This document shows, one piece after another, positions 9,466 through 18,108 of a DNA stretch of 64,000 nt (positions are counted from its first letter, which is position 1; each line of letters begins with the position of its first letter). The notes below the pieces were generated by a model, which was not told the origin of the DNA, did no database searches, and saw nothing but the letters and a program-made list of their open reading frames with translations. The position numbers were made by a program, and so were the translations under genes. Source of the DNA: a virus (taxonomy: Duplodnaviria > Caudoviricetes). The stretch is taken from positions 138,206 to 202,205 of the IMG/VR virus record IMGVR_UViG_3300032281_000616, one strand, 5' to 3'.

Positions 9466-9735
9466 CTAGTGTTTGATCATTACAACAGGATGAACAAATC
9501 CTGTAAGTTTAGTTATATTATTATAGAAAGGATTCTCTTTCGACTTTCCTAATAGACTCCAACATTTACCATTTCTATAATTAAATCTCCAGTGTCTAAA
9601 CATCATAGAGTCTCCATTAGACCAAGCAGGAGATTTAACCTTCAATGTCTCATCGTTGTTTTCTACAACATAAAGTTTATATGGTATCCAATCAACTGAG
9701 ATCCAGTCTCCCGGAGATAAATCTTTACTCGTCAT
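9466..9735 (-). CDS. hypothetical protein ending KH* in motif
   Basis: ORF. Confidence 0.6.
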   Translation of the reverse strand: MTSKDLSPGDWISVDWIPYKLYVVENNDETLKVKSPAWSNGDSMMFRHWRFNYRNGKCWSLLGKSKENPFYNNITKLTGFVHPVVMIKH

Positions 9736-9880
9736 TTTCTTCAATCTCTGCAATCAGATTATCTATTCTCTTCTTCAGATAATCCTTAAACATATCGATC
9801 TGATCATCCGGTAGATAATTAAAATCGATAACATCATAAGCTTTCCGTAGAATATCATCTACTAATTTGATGTATTCCAT
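9725..9880 (-). CDS. 51-aa acidic protein (not in ORF track)
   Basis: MEYIKLVDDILRK... translated manually. Confidence 0.5.
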   Translation of the reverse strand: MEYIKLVDDILRKAYDVIDFNYLPDDQIDMFKDYLKKRIDNLIAEIEENDE

Positions 9881-9882
9881 AA

Positions 9883-10125
9883 TCAATGTCTGTTAATATA
9901 ATTAATAAATTTTTCGAGATGTTCATCAGCCTTTTCTTCTGTTCTACAAAATGTTTTATTCATCTTGAAAACATGAAAGGAAACAGTATCAGGATATAGC
10001 CTATTGATATAGGCAATAGAAGACATCCATTATTCTTCTGTTTCATCATAGTAAGGTTTAGATACTTTAAGAATATCGGATGCCCTTACATAATCACCAT
10101 CAGGAAGTTTGATCATCTTGCTCAT
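9883..10125 (-). pseudogene. 81-codon frame interrupted by in-frame TAA at 10030-10032
   Basis: ATG 6 nt after motif; frame continues open after the TAA (EE*WMSS). Confidence 0.45.
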
Positions 10126-10146
10126 ATCAGTATTATGGTTTAGTGT

Positions 10147-10542
10147 TTAATAATGACGATAACCATCAGAGTCAAACTTCACACCCAATTCGTCTGTGGC
10201 GTATTGTTCTATGTCGTGACTAATTTCTGAAAGCATATTAGAAACTCTTTCTCTCATATCTTCCAACTTTTCCAATATCGGTTTACCGTGAATCAATTCT
10301 CTCAACATCAAAGCGGCTTTTTTCTCAACGTCTTTGTTATAACTATCACATAAATTATTGAAGAAATAAGCAATAGGAATGACATGTCCACCAATTTTCA
10401 ATTCACAATCAATTCCTTCATGTCCATCATCATAAACGTTTTTATAAATCTTATCAAATCCACTACCCACAGAAACCTCTGCAAAAGCATTTGCTAAGAT
10501 GATAGATACTGGAGAATGTTTAGTTAAAGAAATTTTTTCCAT
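10147..10542 (-). CDS. hypothetical protein
   Basis: ORF plus motif. Confidence 0.7.
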   Translation of the reverse strand: MEKISLTKHSPVSIILANAFAEVSVGSGFDKIYKNVYDDGHEGIDCELKIGGHVIPIAYFFNNLCDSYNKDVEKKAALMLRELIHGKPILEKLEDMRERVSNMLSEISHDIEQYATDELGVKFDSDGYRHY

Positions 10543-10556
10543 GAGACTATTATGGT

Positions 10557-10877
10557 TTAGTGTTTAAAGACTTCGGGTAGAATAGCTTTCAATTGATTAT
10601 CGTATTTTGAATTCAATTCTTTGGTTTCTACAGTTTTATTACCTCCGATATTTACCAATGATTCAATCAACTTCACCCCTGCTTCCCCTTCGATGATTTT
10701 GAAAGGTTCAAACCAACCTTGATAAGATTCAATATATACTTTATTACCTTTAAACTTCTCAACTTCACCCCATAAACAATATGGGAATTTATCATAAGAC
10801 CAGAATGCGTATAGTTTTTGATTCATATTATTTATAGGAAAGGAATGTTCTGACCGAATCGAAATTCGTTGAGTCAC
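10557..10877 (-). CDS. hypothetical protein ending KH* (start uncertain)
   Basis: ORF. Confidence 0.6.
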   Translation of the reverse strand: MTQRISIRSEHSFPINNMNQKLYAFWSYDKFPYCLWGEVEKFKGNKVYIESYQGWFEPFKIIEGEAGVKLIESLVNIGGNKTVETKELNSKYDNQLKAILPEVFKH

Positions 10878-11030
10878 TTCAAATGCTTATTAGCATCCGC
10901 GACTCATCAGATAACGTTACCATTATCACGAGGATTTACCCACATTGCTTTATCAGAATCACCCGACTTCATCATAGGCTTATATCAACCCCTACTAGTT
11001 ATTGATTAAATAACGTGGATGTTTAAAATG

Positions 11031-11105
11031 TGAGAGAGACAGGATTCGAACCTGCATCGATCCATTACGGTACTACGGAGTAGAATTCCGTTCCGATACA
11101 CTCCC
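11031..11105 (-). ncRNA. tRNA-like RNA lacking a D-arm, possible anticodon TCT
   Basis: GGGAGTG/CTCTCTC acceptor; ACGGA-ATTCTAC-TCCGT hairpin; GCAGG-TTCGAAT-CCTGT T-arm. Confidence 0.45.
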
Positions 11106-11123
11106 ATTAAAATCTATTACTAT

Positions 11124-11360
11124 TTATGGTGGCAACTCAGGACCAACATAATCAAAAAATCCAGTTTCAGTATTATATGCTAAATTTGGATCTGTTAGTT
11201 CTCCAACGATATAATCAATATAATCATTGACTGCTTCTAGTTGTTCTCTAGAATATCGACATCCTTCAGATACGCTCTTATCAATATCAATATCATTATC
11301 TCTTCCAGATAAGATCCATTCAACAATCTCTTGTTGAGTCATGTTTTGTTGTTTCAACAT
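11124..11360 (-). CDS. hypothetical protein
   Basis: ORF plus motif. Confidence 0.65.
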   Translation of the reverse strand: MLKQQNMTQQEIVEWILSGRDNDIDIDKSVSEGCRYSREQLEAVNDYIDYIVGELTDPNLAYNTETGFFDYVGPELPP

Positions 11361-11374
11361 AGTCTTATTATACT

Positions 11375-11539
11375 TTAGTGTTTTATGTGACCATTCTCTT
11401 TCAGATATCTAATGATAGCATCTTGGTCTGACTTTGTGTAATATCTTTTCAGTTTTCGTCTAGTTTGAATTGTATCCAAACCTTTGTATGAATTGACAAA
11501 GGATTCATGGAATACTAAACCTTTGATGACAACACTCAC
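11375..11539 (-). CDS. 54-aa protein ending KH* (GTG start)
   Basis: translated manually. Confidence 0.45.
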   Translation of the reverse strand: MSVVIKGLVFHESFVNSYKGLDTIQTRRKLKRYYTKSDQDAIIRYLKENGHIKH

Positions 11540-11546
11540 AATAAAA

Positions 11547-11622
11547 TGGTCCTCCTAACCAGATTCGAACTGGTAACTAACGGTTTATGAAACCGCTACT
11601 CTGACCGTTGAGTTATAGGAGG
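11547..11622 (-). tRNA. tRNA anticodon CAT, probably tRNA-Ile2 (lysidine) rather than Met
   Basis: 76-nt cloverleaf CCTCCTA/TAGGAGG, loop TTCATAA, encoded CCA; C4-G69 and C5-G68; adjacent to tilS. Confidence 0.9.
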
Positions 11623-11627
11623 ATATA

Positions 11628-12239
11628 TTACAAATAAAATTTCTTTAATACGACTTTCTCCAACCCTCTTCGTTCTTCGATTTTAGGAAGGATTTCATTT
11701 CTAATCCAGTTTCTTTCATATTTACTATCTGAATTGGTTTCATCAACTACTACATATCCAGATAATCCTCTTTTATCAACCCAATCCTCTAAATTAGATT
11801 TACTGTTTTTAATAAAAGGTCGCAGCAAAGTAAAATTATCAAACTCACTAATTTGTTGAATCGGTTTATATTCTGGACAACCTTTTAGACAATTCATAAT
11901 ATACTGTTCAACACAATCACCTAGATGATGACAGACTATAATTGATTCACCAATCTCATCGAAGAAACTTAATCTCTCTTGTCTCAAATTATCTTCAATG
12001 TTCTTAGTGTATTTTACGCGACATTCACCAATTGTCAAATGAATTTTGTAGTCATCACAAAACTTTCGACAAACATCAACCATCTTTAGATTCTGTTCTC
12101 TTTGATTATGATTGAAGTGGATAGCTTTGAAATTATAACCTAATGTTAAAAGAAGATGAGAGCATGCTAAACTATCAACTCCACCAGAGATAGCAACCGA
12201 AAATTGCTCAGGAATGATTTTTCTATTGATATGAATCAT
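11628..12239 (-). CDS. tilS: tRNA(Ile)-lysidine synthetase, catalytic domain only (start MIHINRK)
   Basis: PP-loop SGGVDS, HFNHNQR, HHLGDCVE, LLRP, DETN...YERNWIR. Confidence 0.85.
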   Translation of the reverse strand: MIHINRKIIPEQFSVAISGGVDSLACSHLLLTLGYNFKAIHFNHNQREQNLKMVDVCRKFCDDYKIHLTIGECRVKYTKNIEDNLRQERLSFFDEIGESIIVCHHLGDCVEQYIMNCLKGCPEYKPIQQISEFDNFTLLRPFIKNSKSNLEDWVDKRGLSGYVVVDETNSDSKYERNWIRNEILPKIEERRGLEKVVLKKFYL

Positions 12240-12254
12240 TATTGTATGAGATAG

Positions 12255-12271
12255 CCGCACCCGGACTCGAA
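12255..12271 (-). repeat. 17-bp duplicate of tRNA-Leu T-arm/acceptor 3' end (other copy 12972-12988)
   Basis: CCGCACCCGGACTCGAA flanks the endonuclease gene on both sides. Confidence 0.8.
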
Positions 12272-12297
12272 AATACACTTTTAGACTAAATAGTATT

Positions 12298-12957
12298 ATG
12301 AAGATGCTTAATTGTGATAGGTGTAATGAAGAATTCGAAGTTTCATATGACCAATGGAAGAATCGGAGGAGTAAAAAGAAAATCCATAATAGGAATAATT
12401 ATTGTTCGCTGGAATGCAGATTATTGGGACAAGGAAAAAGCCCAAGAATAGAAGTTTCGTGTGAAAGTTGTGGTTGTTTTTTTATGAAACATTATAGCGA
12501 GGTTACGAGAACCCCTAAAAATTTTTGTTCTAGATCTTGCTCTGCTACATATAACAACACTCACAAAACAAAGGGTAATCGCAGAAGTAAGTTAGAAAAA
12601 TGGTTAGAAGAACAATTAACTGTGTTATATCTAGAACTAGAAATTCTATATTCGAACAAAACCACCATTAATTCTGAGCTTGATATTTATATACCATCCC
12701 TAAAATTAGCCTTTGAACTTAATGGAATATTCCATTATGAACCAATATATGGTGAAGATAAGCTAAATCAAATCCAAAACAATGATAATAGAAAATTTCA
12801 GGCTTGTTTAGAGAAAGGTATCGAATTATGTATTATCGATACTTCTCAACACAAATACGTTAAGCCTTCTACTTCACAAAAATATCTTGATATTATCACA
12901 CATTTAGTTAACTCTAAATTAGAGTCATCCAAAACAGACTACGTGGAAGTAGTGTGA
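12298..12957 (+). mobile_element. free-standing homing endonuclease (Cys-rich N-terminus, PD-(D/E)xK/Vsr-like C-terminus)
   Basis: CxxC and CSxxC repeats; ELDIYIPSLKLAFELNGIFHY. Confidence 0.7.
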
Positions 12958-12968
12958 TTTCCTGTTTC

Positions 12969-13087
12969 TGACCGCACCCGGACTCGAACCGGGAAGCCTT
13001 TCGGCGGCAGATTTTCGACAAGGTATAATATATTTCACTTATACCCTATTAGAAAGTCTGCGATGTTTACCTTTTCATCATACGGCC
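12969..13087 (-). tRNA. tRNA-Leu (UAA after removal of a 38-nt anticodon-loop insert)
   Basis: GGCCGTA/TGCGGTC acceptor, A73, Leu-type D-loop, GCAGA/TCTGC stem, long variable arm CGCCGAAAGGCTT, T-arm CCCGG-TTCGAGT-CCGGG; 45-nt loop instead of 7. Confidence 0.8.
13016..13053 (-). other. 38-nt putative tRNA mini-intron
   Basis: CTT^TCTAATAGGGTATAAGTGAAATATATTATACCTTGTCG^AAAA; removal restores CUUAAAA. Confidence 0.65.
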
Positions 13088-13099
13088 ATTGATTTTTAG

Positions 13100-13267
13100 T
13101 TATCCTACATATTCTTCAGTGTCAATATCAATCAATTCATTGTCGTAAACTGATCCATCCTCTTCATTGAATACACATTCCATATCCATGATCTTATCAT
13201 TGAGATCATCTTCATCTTCAGCATTGATAAAGACATTAAATTTCATTGTTACGATGTATTGCTTCAT
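13100..13267 (-). CDS. 55-aa acidic protein (not in ORF track)
   Basis: MKQYIVTMKF...; ATG 6 nt after motif. Confidence 0.65.
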   Translation of the reverse strand: MKQYIVTMKFNVFINAEDEDDLNDKIMDMECVFNEEDGSVYDNELIDIDTEEYVG

Positions 13268-13292
13268 GTCAGTAGTTTACTTTAGTGTTTCA

Positions 13293-13664
13293 TCAATCAA
13301 AATCGAATCCAAGAAGAAAATACCAATTTCCGATCTTAGCTTCTCTCAATCCACCCCTAGAAAATTCATATCCAATTTGGGAATCATATACATAATCCCA
13401 ATCATCTGGTCTATAACCTTCACAACAAGCGAAGACTGGATATGATTCGTAATAGTCCTCTCTAGCTCCCATCTTATTATTGATCTCTCCTAGAGAGTAT
13501 GGAGATGATGGTTTGGATGATTTAATCCTTTCAGCTATTTCATCTGCTTTCTTATAGATCTCATCAGCGATAGGTTGATATTCTTTAGGCCAACCTTTAC
13601 GTGATTGATAATGATTATAATCATGAACCCATTGAGGGAAATCAGATATTGTTCTGAAGTTCAT
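13293..13664 (-). CDS. hypothetical protein
   Basis: ORF. Confidence 0.7.
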   Translation of the reverse strand: MNFRTISDFPQWVHDYNHYQSRKGWPKEYQPIADEIYKKADEIAERIKSSKPSSPYSLGEINNKMGAREDYYESYPVFACCEGYRPDDWDYVYDSQIGYEFSRGGLREAKIGNWYFLLGFDFD

Positions 13665-13665
13665 A

Positions 13666-13989
13666 TCAAAAGATTTGGTTCAACATATCCATAACTCTTT
13701 CCTTGAGCCTAACATCCCAACCGGGAACTCTATTGATTCTTTTTGTTTTAAGGATACCTTTGTTTGTTACTGTATTAACCGCACATATCCTGACAGCATC
13801 AGTACCGCACTTCTTCGATACACCATTAGGAGAAATTGAAGAGTAAACAAATAGACTGATATTTGGATTCTTTTTAGTTTGATAAGCGTATACATATTCA
13901 TTACCCTTAATGGTTTTGCTCCAGCCTTTATCATGCTTTAGAAGAGCATCCATTTCCAATTCTGTAATAGTGCAATAAGTAGCAGCCAT
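13666..13989 (-). CDS. hypothetical protein
   Basis: ORF plus motif. Confidence 0.7.
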   Translation of the reverse strand: MAATYCTITELEMDALLKHDKGWSKTIKGNEYVYAYQTKKNPNISLFVYSSISPNGVSKKCGTDAVRICAVNTVTNKGILKTKRINRVPGWDVRLKERVMDMLNQIF

Positions 13990-14014
13990 ATTAGGATTGT
14001 GAGTTAGTGTTTCA

Positions 14015-14356
14015 TCAGTTTTCTTTAACGTCTTTCAATCCAAGAATAAACATAAAAGCGCACACGATTCGAGTGGCGAATTTAGCGAATCCTTCCACAT
14101 AAAACATATCAAATACAGATAGACTACCAGACCTGATAGCCCATGAGTATCCAATAAGACCAACAATCATACCTAAGACATATCCTAGACCGTTTCTAGT
14201 ATGTCCAAGGATTAAATAAGCACCACCAAGACCACTAATGAATCTTAGGCATGTACCAAAGCCTCCCAGACTAAAATCCAAGAAACACCCAAAAGCCAAA
14301 AATAGTAATCCAATAATGATTCGAAATCCACCTAAAATATTTATTATTGAATTCAT
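14015..14356 (-). CDS. multi-pass membrane protein
   Basis: about 4 hydrophobic Gly-rich segments. Confidence 0.7.
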   Translation of the reverse strand: MNSIINILGGFRIIIGLLFLAFGCFLDFSLGGFGTCLRFISGLGGAYLILGHTRNGLGYVLGMIVGLIGYSWAIRSGSLSVFDMFYVEGFAKFATRIVCAFMFILGLKDVKEN

Positions 14357-14370
14357 AATTATACAACCCC

Positions 14371-14407
14371 GAGGGGTTTAGTAGGGATAGAACCTACTAA
14401 ACCCCTC
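14371..14407. terminator. 15-bp perfect hairpin
   Basis: GAGGGGTTTAGTAGG-gatagaa-CCTACTAAACCCCTC. Confidence 0.55.
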
Positions 14408-14417
14408 CATCCCACCT

Positions 14418-14834
14418 TTAGACGCCGATTTCCACCACAGTCTCGACATCTGAATCATCAGAACTTCCTGATACTTCTGCCTTAAGTTGTGCAGTAAGTT
14501 CAGCCAACTTCTTACGAAGACGCTCTTGCTTCTTAGCTTCCTTAGCAGCAGCCTTTTCTTCTTCTGTAAGAACCACCTTCTCAACCTTAACCTTCTTAGC
14601 AAGATTAAGACCATCTACCACGATGGCAAAGGTATCCACTTCTTGTGGATCACCATTATCATCAGGCATAAGCCCTACTTGATTGTTGAATGCTACTTCT
14701 AGGAGAAGAGTGATTACACCTTTATCAGTAAGGTTATAATCTTCCTTCAACTTTTGAAGTGTTGCCTTTTGTTCTTCGCTAACATTCACTACGACTTGTT
14801 TAGCGACCGACTTCTTTTCTGTTTCAGTTTCCAT
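14418..14834 (-). CDS. hypothetical charged/coiled-coil protein
   Basis: ORF plus motif. Confidence 0.7.
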   Translation of the reverse strand: METETEKKSVAKQVVVNVSEEQKATLQKLKEDYNLTDKGVITLLLEVAFNNQVGLMPDDNGDPQEVDTFAIVVDGLNLAKKVKVEKVVLTEEEKAAAKEAKKQERLRKKLAELTAQLKAEVSGSSDDSDVETVVEIGV

Positions 14835-14863
14835 ACCGTTATTTTAGTTTAGTGTTTAATCGT

Positions 14864-15061
14864 TTATTTTCCTACCGTGAAAGCAATGATTAGAGCAATC
14901 GCAATGATCAACAGAACCAAAGCAAAGCTAATCCAAATGGGGGATAGAACCCACCACCATGACCATGCAATATATCCCGTAAGTTTTAGGCCAATGAAAA
15001 GCACAGTCAAAAGACCTACAAATCCAATGCCTCCAGATGATGTTGTAGTATTATTACTCAT
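14864..15061 (-). CDS. small membrane protein (transmembrane Fragile-X-F-like phage family)
   Basis: GGIGFVGLLTVLFIGLKLTGYIAWSWWWVLSPIW. Confidence 0.75.
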   Translation of the reverse strand: MSNNTTTSSGGIGFVGLLTVLFIGLKLTGYIAWSWWWVLSPIWISFALVLLIIAIALIIAFTVGK

Positions 15062-15082
15062 ATTGTTATTTTATTCTAGTGT

Positions 15083-15601
15083 TTAATCAATATATTCTTC
15101 AGGATTATCCTTATAAGCTTGTTCCATATCAGACTCTTGTTTCTTAGTAAACCAATCCATCATATAAAGACCAAGAGCATCCCTAAGAGCAGGGATAAAT
15201 CCATTGTGTTTGGAATATTCTTTAAAATCAGAAGATGGTGGTTCCCAATAACCATAAGATTCATACGTTTCGTAACCAACTTCGAACTTTAAGAAGTTTT
15301 CTGATGCGATTACAATCACACCATCCAAAGATAGACCATAGGGAGTGTCATAAGACATAAAAGAATTCTCAACCCTTTCGAATTGACCAAATTTCTCATT
15401 AATAGATTTCAGAAATCCGTTGAATGATTTACGAACACTTTCACAATACGAGATATTACGAAGGATGTTTCGAACTTCTGATTCAGTTCCCACACCATAA
15501 GTAAGTTCAGCATCATGCCAATCTTTATCAGGTGTTTTTACTAGAAGGTTTTCCCAACTACAATCATCTTCTAGGATAGTCTCAACTTTGAACTCGATCA
15601 T
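15083..15601 (-). CDS. hypothetical protein
   Basis: ORF plus motif. Confidence 0.7.
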   Translation of the reverse strand: MIEFKVETILEDDCSWENLLVKTPDKDWHDAELTYGVGTESEVRNILRNISYCESVRKSFNGFLKSINEKFGQFERVENSFMSYDTPYGLSLDGVIVIASENFLKFEVGYETYESYGYWEPPSSDFKEYSKHNGFIPALRDALGLYMMDWFTKKQESDMEQAYKDNPEEYID

Positions 15602-15623
15602 GGTGTGAGTTTATGTTAGTGTT

Positions 15624-16157
15624 TCATCCTTCAACGTCTTCCGGTATATCAAGGATATTATCAGCCTTGATGGTGAAGCATAGAGGACGATCTTCATCAG
15701 TAGGACTAAGAAGTTTCTTAGCTTCTGATGGGGGAAGATACTCAGCAAACTTAGCCTTATCAACAATCTCACCGTTTACATAATACACAGACTTTGGAAT
15801 ATGATTATTAGCTTGGGATGGATAAAGACGAAGATAAAGATTATCCTTATGTTCGATGACATGAGGAAACCATGATTTCTTTGTCAATTTGTCCACATAC
15901 CACGACCCCCATGGTAGTTCACCAACTTCACCACGTTCACCAGATGCAATTCCTTCCTTCACAGCAGAAAGATTAGCATAATTTACACCAGCTTGCACCA
16001 CGGCAACTGTGTGTTTCTCAAGGATAACACCTTCTTTCTTAAAAGAAGCAGCAGGTGTAGGATTGCTTTTCCATGATGCTTTTACAAATTGACCCTTACA
16101 AGAAAGGATTTTGTTGCGAATAGCTTCAGCACTTAGGGGATTAGTTGTCGTTGTCAT
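15624..16157 (-). CDS. conserved phage hypothetical protein
   Basis: ORF plus motif. Confidence 0.75.
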   Translation of the reverse strand: MTTTTNPLSAEAIRNKILSCKGQFVKASWKSNPTPAASFKKEGVILEKHTVAVVQAGVNYANLSAVKEGIASGERGEVGELPWGSWYVDKLTKKSWFPHVIEHKDNLYLRLYPSQANNHIPKSVYYVNGEIVDKAKFAEYLPPSEAKKLLSPTDEDRPLCFTIKADNILDIPEDVEG

Positions 16158-16179
16158 ATCGTTAGTATATCTTAGTGTT

Positions 16180-16392
16180 TTATTGATACTTTGTAATTAG
16201 TGGATGTTGATTAGTAAACTTATATGTTTTACCTTCCCAACCACGAATCTTTTGACCTTGCTCATTATAGAAATGAGAGATAGATCCATTGGTTGAAGAG
16301 ATGATCATATTAGTAGTTTTACGAGCAGATTGAATCTTCTGATCGAAATCCTTTGTGGTTAGTTTATAGAATAGATTGATTAGTTTTTTCAT
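16180..16392 (-). CDS. hypothetical protein
   Basis: ORF; stop overlaps motif. Confidence 0.55.
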   Translation of the reverse strand: MKKLINLFYKLTTKDFDQKIQSARKTTNMIISSTNGSISHFYNEQGQKIRGWEGKTYKFTNQHPLITKYQ

Positions 16393-16393
16393 A

Positions 16394-16708
16394 TTAAAAA
16401 TCTCCACTTTCAGAAAACCGTAGTTGGAATTCTCTCAACATGCTTTCTCTTTTGGGTGTCATTTCACCTTTCCAGATTGGAAATAGTTTACAATCTTCGT
16501 CTTGTGCAACCAACACATGACAGGTCCATGATACATTATAGACTGGGATATTACACACACCATCATCCCAATCGTACCAATCATCCCCATCACTCATATA
16601 TAAAAAACATGATGGCATATCATAAACATGATCTCCATCTAATCTAAATGCCTGTAAAGCTGGTCTTGTTTTATCAACTAATTTGATATACCAATCGGGT
16701 GGTTTCAT
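16394..16708 (-). CDS. hypothetical protein
   Basis: ORF plus motif. Confidence 0.65.
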   Translation of the reverse strand: MKPPDWYIKLVDKTRPALQAFRLDGDHVYDMPSCFLYMSDGDDWYDWDDGVCNIPVYNVSWTCHVLVAQDEDCKLFPIWKGEMTPKRESMLREFQLRFSESGDF

Positions 16709-16715
16709 ACTCTCA

Positions 16716-16970
16716 TTATTCGTTAGTGTTTAATAGATAATTAGATTCCATATCCATCACACCATCCGCTATCATAATACTAACGATAGCTGTAAAGGTT
16801 ATTTCATTAAGAGGATCACTTGGTTTGATGATAGGATCTACAACTTTACCATCGATCACACTATATGTAGCCAAACCTTTGGGTATGATCTTACCTGATT
16901 CTACCTCATAGAAAACATCATGTAGAAAACCTACAGTATCATACATCTCAAAGTATCTATGAATATTCAT
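16716..16970 (-). CDS. hypothetical protein
   Basis: ORF. Confidence 0.6.
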   Translation of the reverse strand: MNIHRYFEMYDTVGFLHDVFYEVESGKIIPKGLATYSVIDGKVVDPIIKPSDPLNEITFTAIVSIMIADGVMDMESNYLLNTNE

Positions 16971-16971
16971 G

Positions 16972-17376
16972 TTAGTATTTTTCCTTTATGTATTTTTCTC
17001 CATCATAATACCACAAATTCTTATACCCAACGGCCCTTAAATTTCTTAGGCAATTCGAGCATGGTTTTGATATAGCGGTTTCTCCTAGATTATTGAGTCT
17101 CACATTCACAAAGGTTAGATGGAAACAATCCTCCAATCCAAGTCGAATCAAGGATGAAATTTCTGAATGCAATCCAGCCTTATAATTTCCTTGTGTTCTA
17201 TTGGATTTGTATTGACCAAACTTATAGTATAAGTTTTGCTTATCATATGAATTATTACCAATGGTAATCAATTTAGATCCATGATATACGAAAGTTGTAT
17301 GGAAACTCTTACCCGATTGATACAAAGGCTTCATCGCCCTAGTAATATCTTCTAAACGGGAGAAGTTAATTGCCAT
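16972..17376 (-). CDS. cytidine/dCMP deaminase-superfamily protein
   Basis: HSE and SKPCSNC Zn motifs. Confidence 0.75.
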   Translation of the reverse strand: MAINFSRLEDITRAMKPLYQSGKSFHTTFVYHGSKLITIGNNSYDKQNLYYKFGQYKSNRTQGNYKAGLHSEISSLIRLGLEDCFHLTFVNVRLNNLGETAISKPCSNCLRNLRAVGYKNLWYYDGEKYIKEKY

Positions 17377-17397
17377 GAGTGTATCTTACTTTAGTGT

Positions 17398-18087
17398 TTA
17401 CACAGTCAAAGCAAACCCAGTCTTATCAATCTTAGCATGACGCTTACCTTTCAAGGCAACGATGCAACCCTTCGGATCAAGAAACCTAAGATCATGATCA
17501 TCACCACTTACAATGCGCTTACCATTAAATTTCTTAGGTTGTTCACCATTAAAAACGATAGCAACATTTCCCTTACTTCCAAGAATAGCTTGACACTTGA
17601 GGTCATTATCTTCCTTTCTAGAAAAGGTTAGATGATAATTTTTAGGAAGCTTCTTCTCCAAGAATTCTACCATACGATCAAAATCTGGAGTGTAATCATA
17701 AAATTGAACATCATCAAACATCTCCATAAGAGTCATGCCGTTATGCTTAATCTTATGCCAAGGTAGATCACTCGTGAGATTCAATCTAAAACAAGGAGTA
17801 AGACCCTTCTTCAAAGACTTCTTGATAGCTGAAGAAATTTCCTTAATAAGTTGTTCCATGAACCCATTCTTATTAGTGAAGAAGTATTTTGTCTTATTGA
17901 TACGGGCTAATTGAACAGATGAATAAGCACCCATTCCAGCCGTATTCAAACACGCAGCACGACAACCAGCACTGGAATTCTTACAGACATTAAAACCTGA
18001 TAATTTTTCAGGAGCAAGATGGATACCAAATGTGAGATATCCAAGATCAAGAGACTTTTTTAATTTTGTGTTTGTGGTGAGAAGCAT
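17398..18087 (-). CDS. phage gp88-like protein
   Basis: C...SAGCRAACL, FRLNLTSD, FYDYT, YHLTFS motifs. Confidence 0.7.
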   Translation of the reverse strand: MLLTTNTKLKKSLDLGYLTFGIHLAPEKLSGFNVCKNSSAGCRAACLNTAGMGAYSSVQLARINKTKYFFTNKNGFMEQLIKEISSAIKKSLKKGLTPCFRLNLTSDLPWHKIKHNGMTLMEMFDDVQFYDYTPDFDRMVEFLEKKLPKNYHLTFSRKEDNDLKCQAILGSKGNVAIVFNGEQPKKFNGKRIVSGDDHDLRFLDPKGCIVALKGKRHAKIDKTGFALTV

Positions 18088-18108
18088 GTCTAAATTATAC
18101 CTTAGTGT

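Noticed and set aside
11547-11622. Initiator tRNA-fMet
   Set aside because: No 1:72 mismatch and no three consecutive G-C pairs in the anticodon stem.
12240-12278. Extended TilS N-terminus MYFRVRVRLSHTI
   Set aside because: It runs through the duplicated tRNA fragment; MIHINRK (12239) is more plausible.
12969-13087. Alternative splice registers giving Glu(TTC), Phe(GAA) or an ochre suppressor (TTA)
   Set aside because: Geometrically possible, but the long variable arm, A73 and Leu-type D-loop, plus the U^ and omega-G boundaries, favour Leu(UAA).
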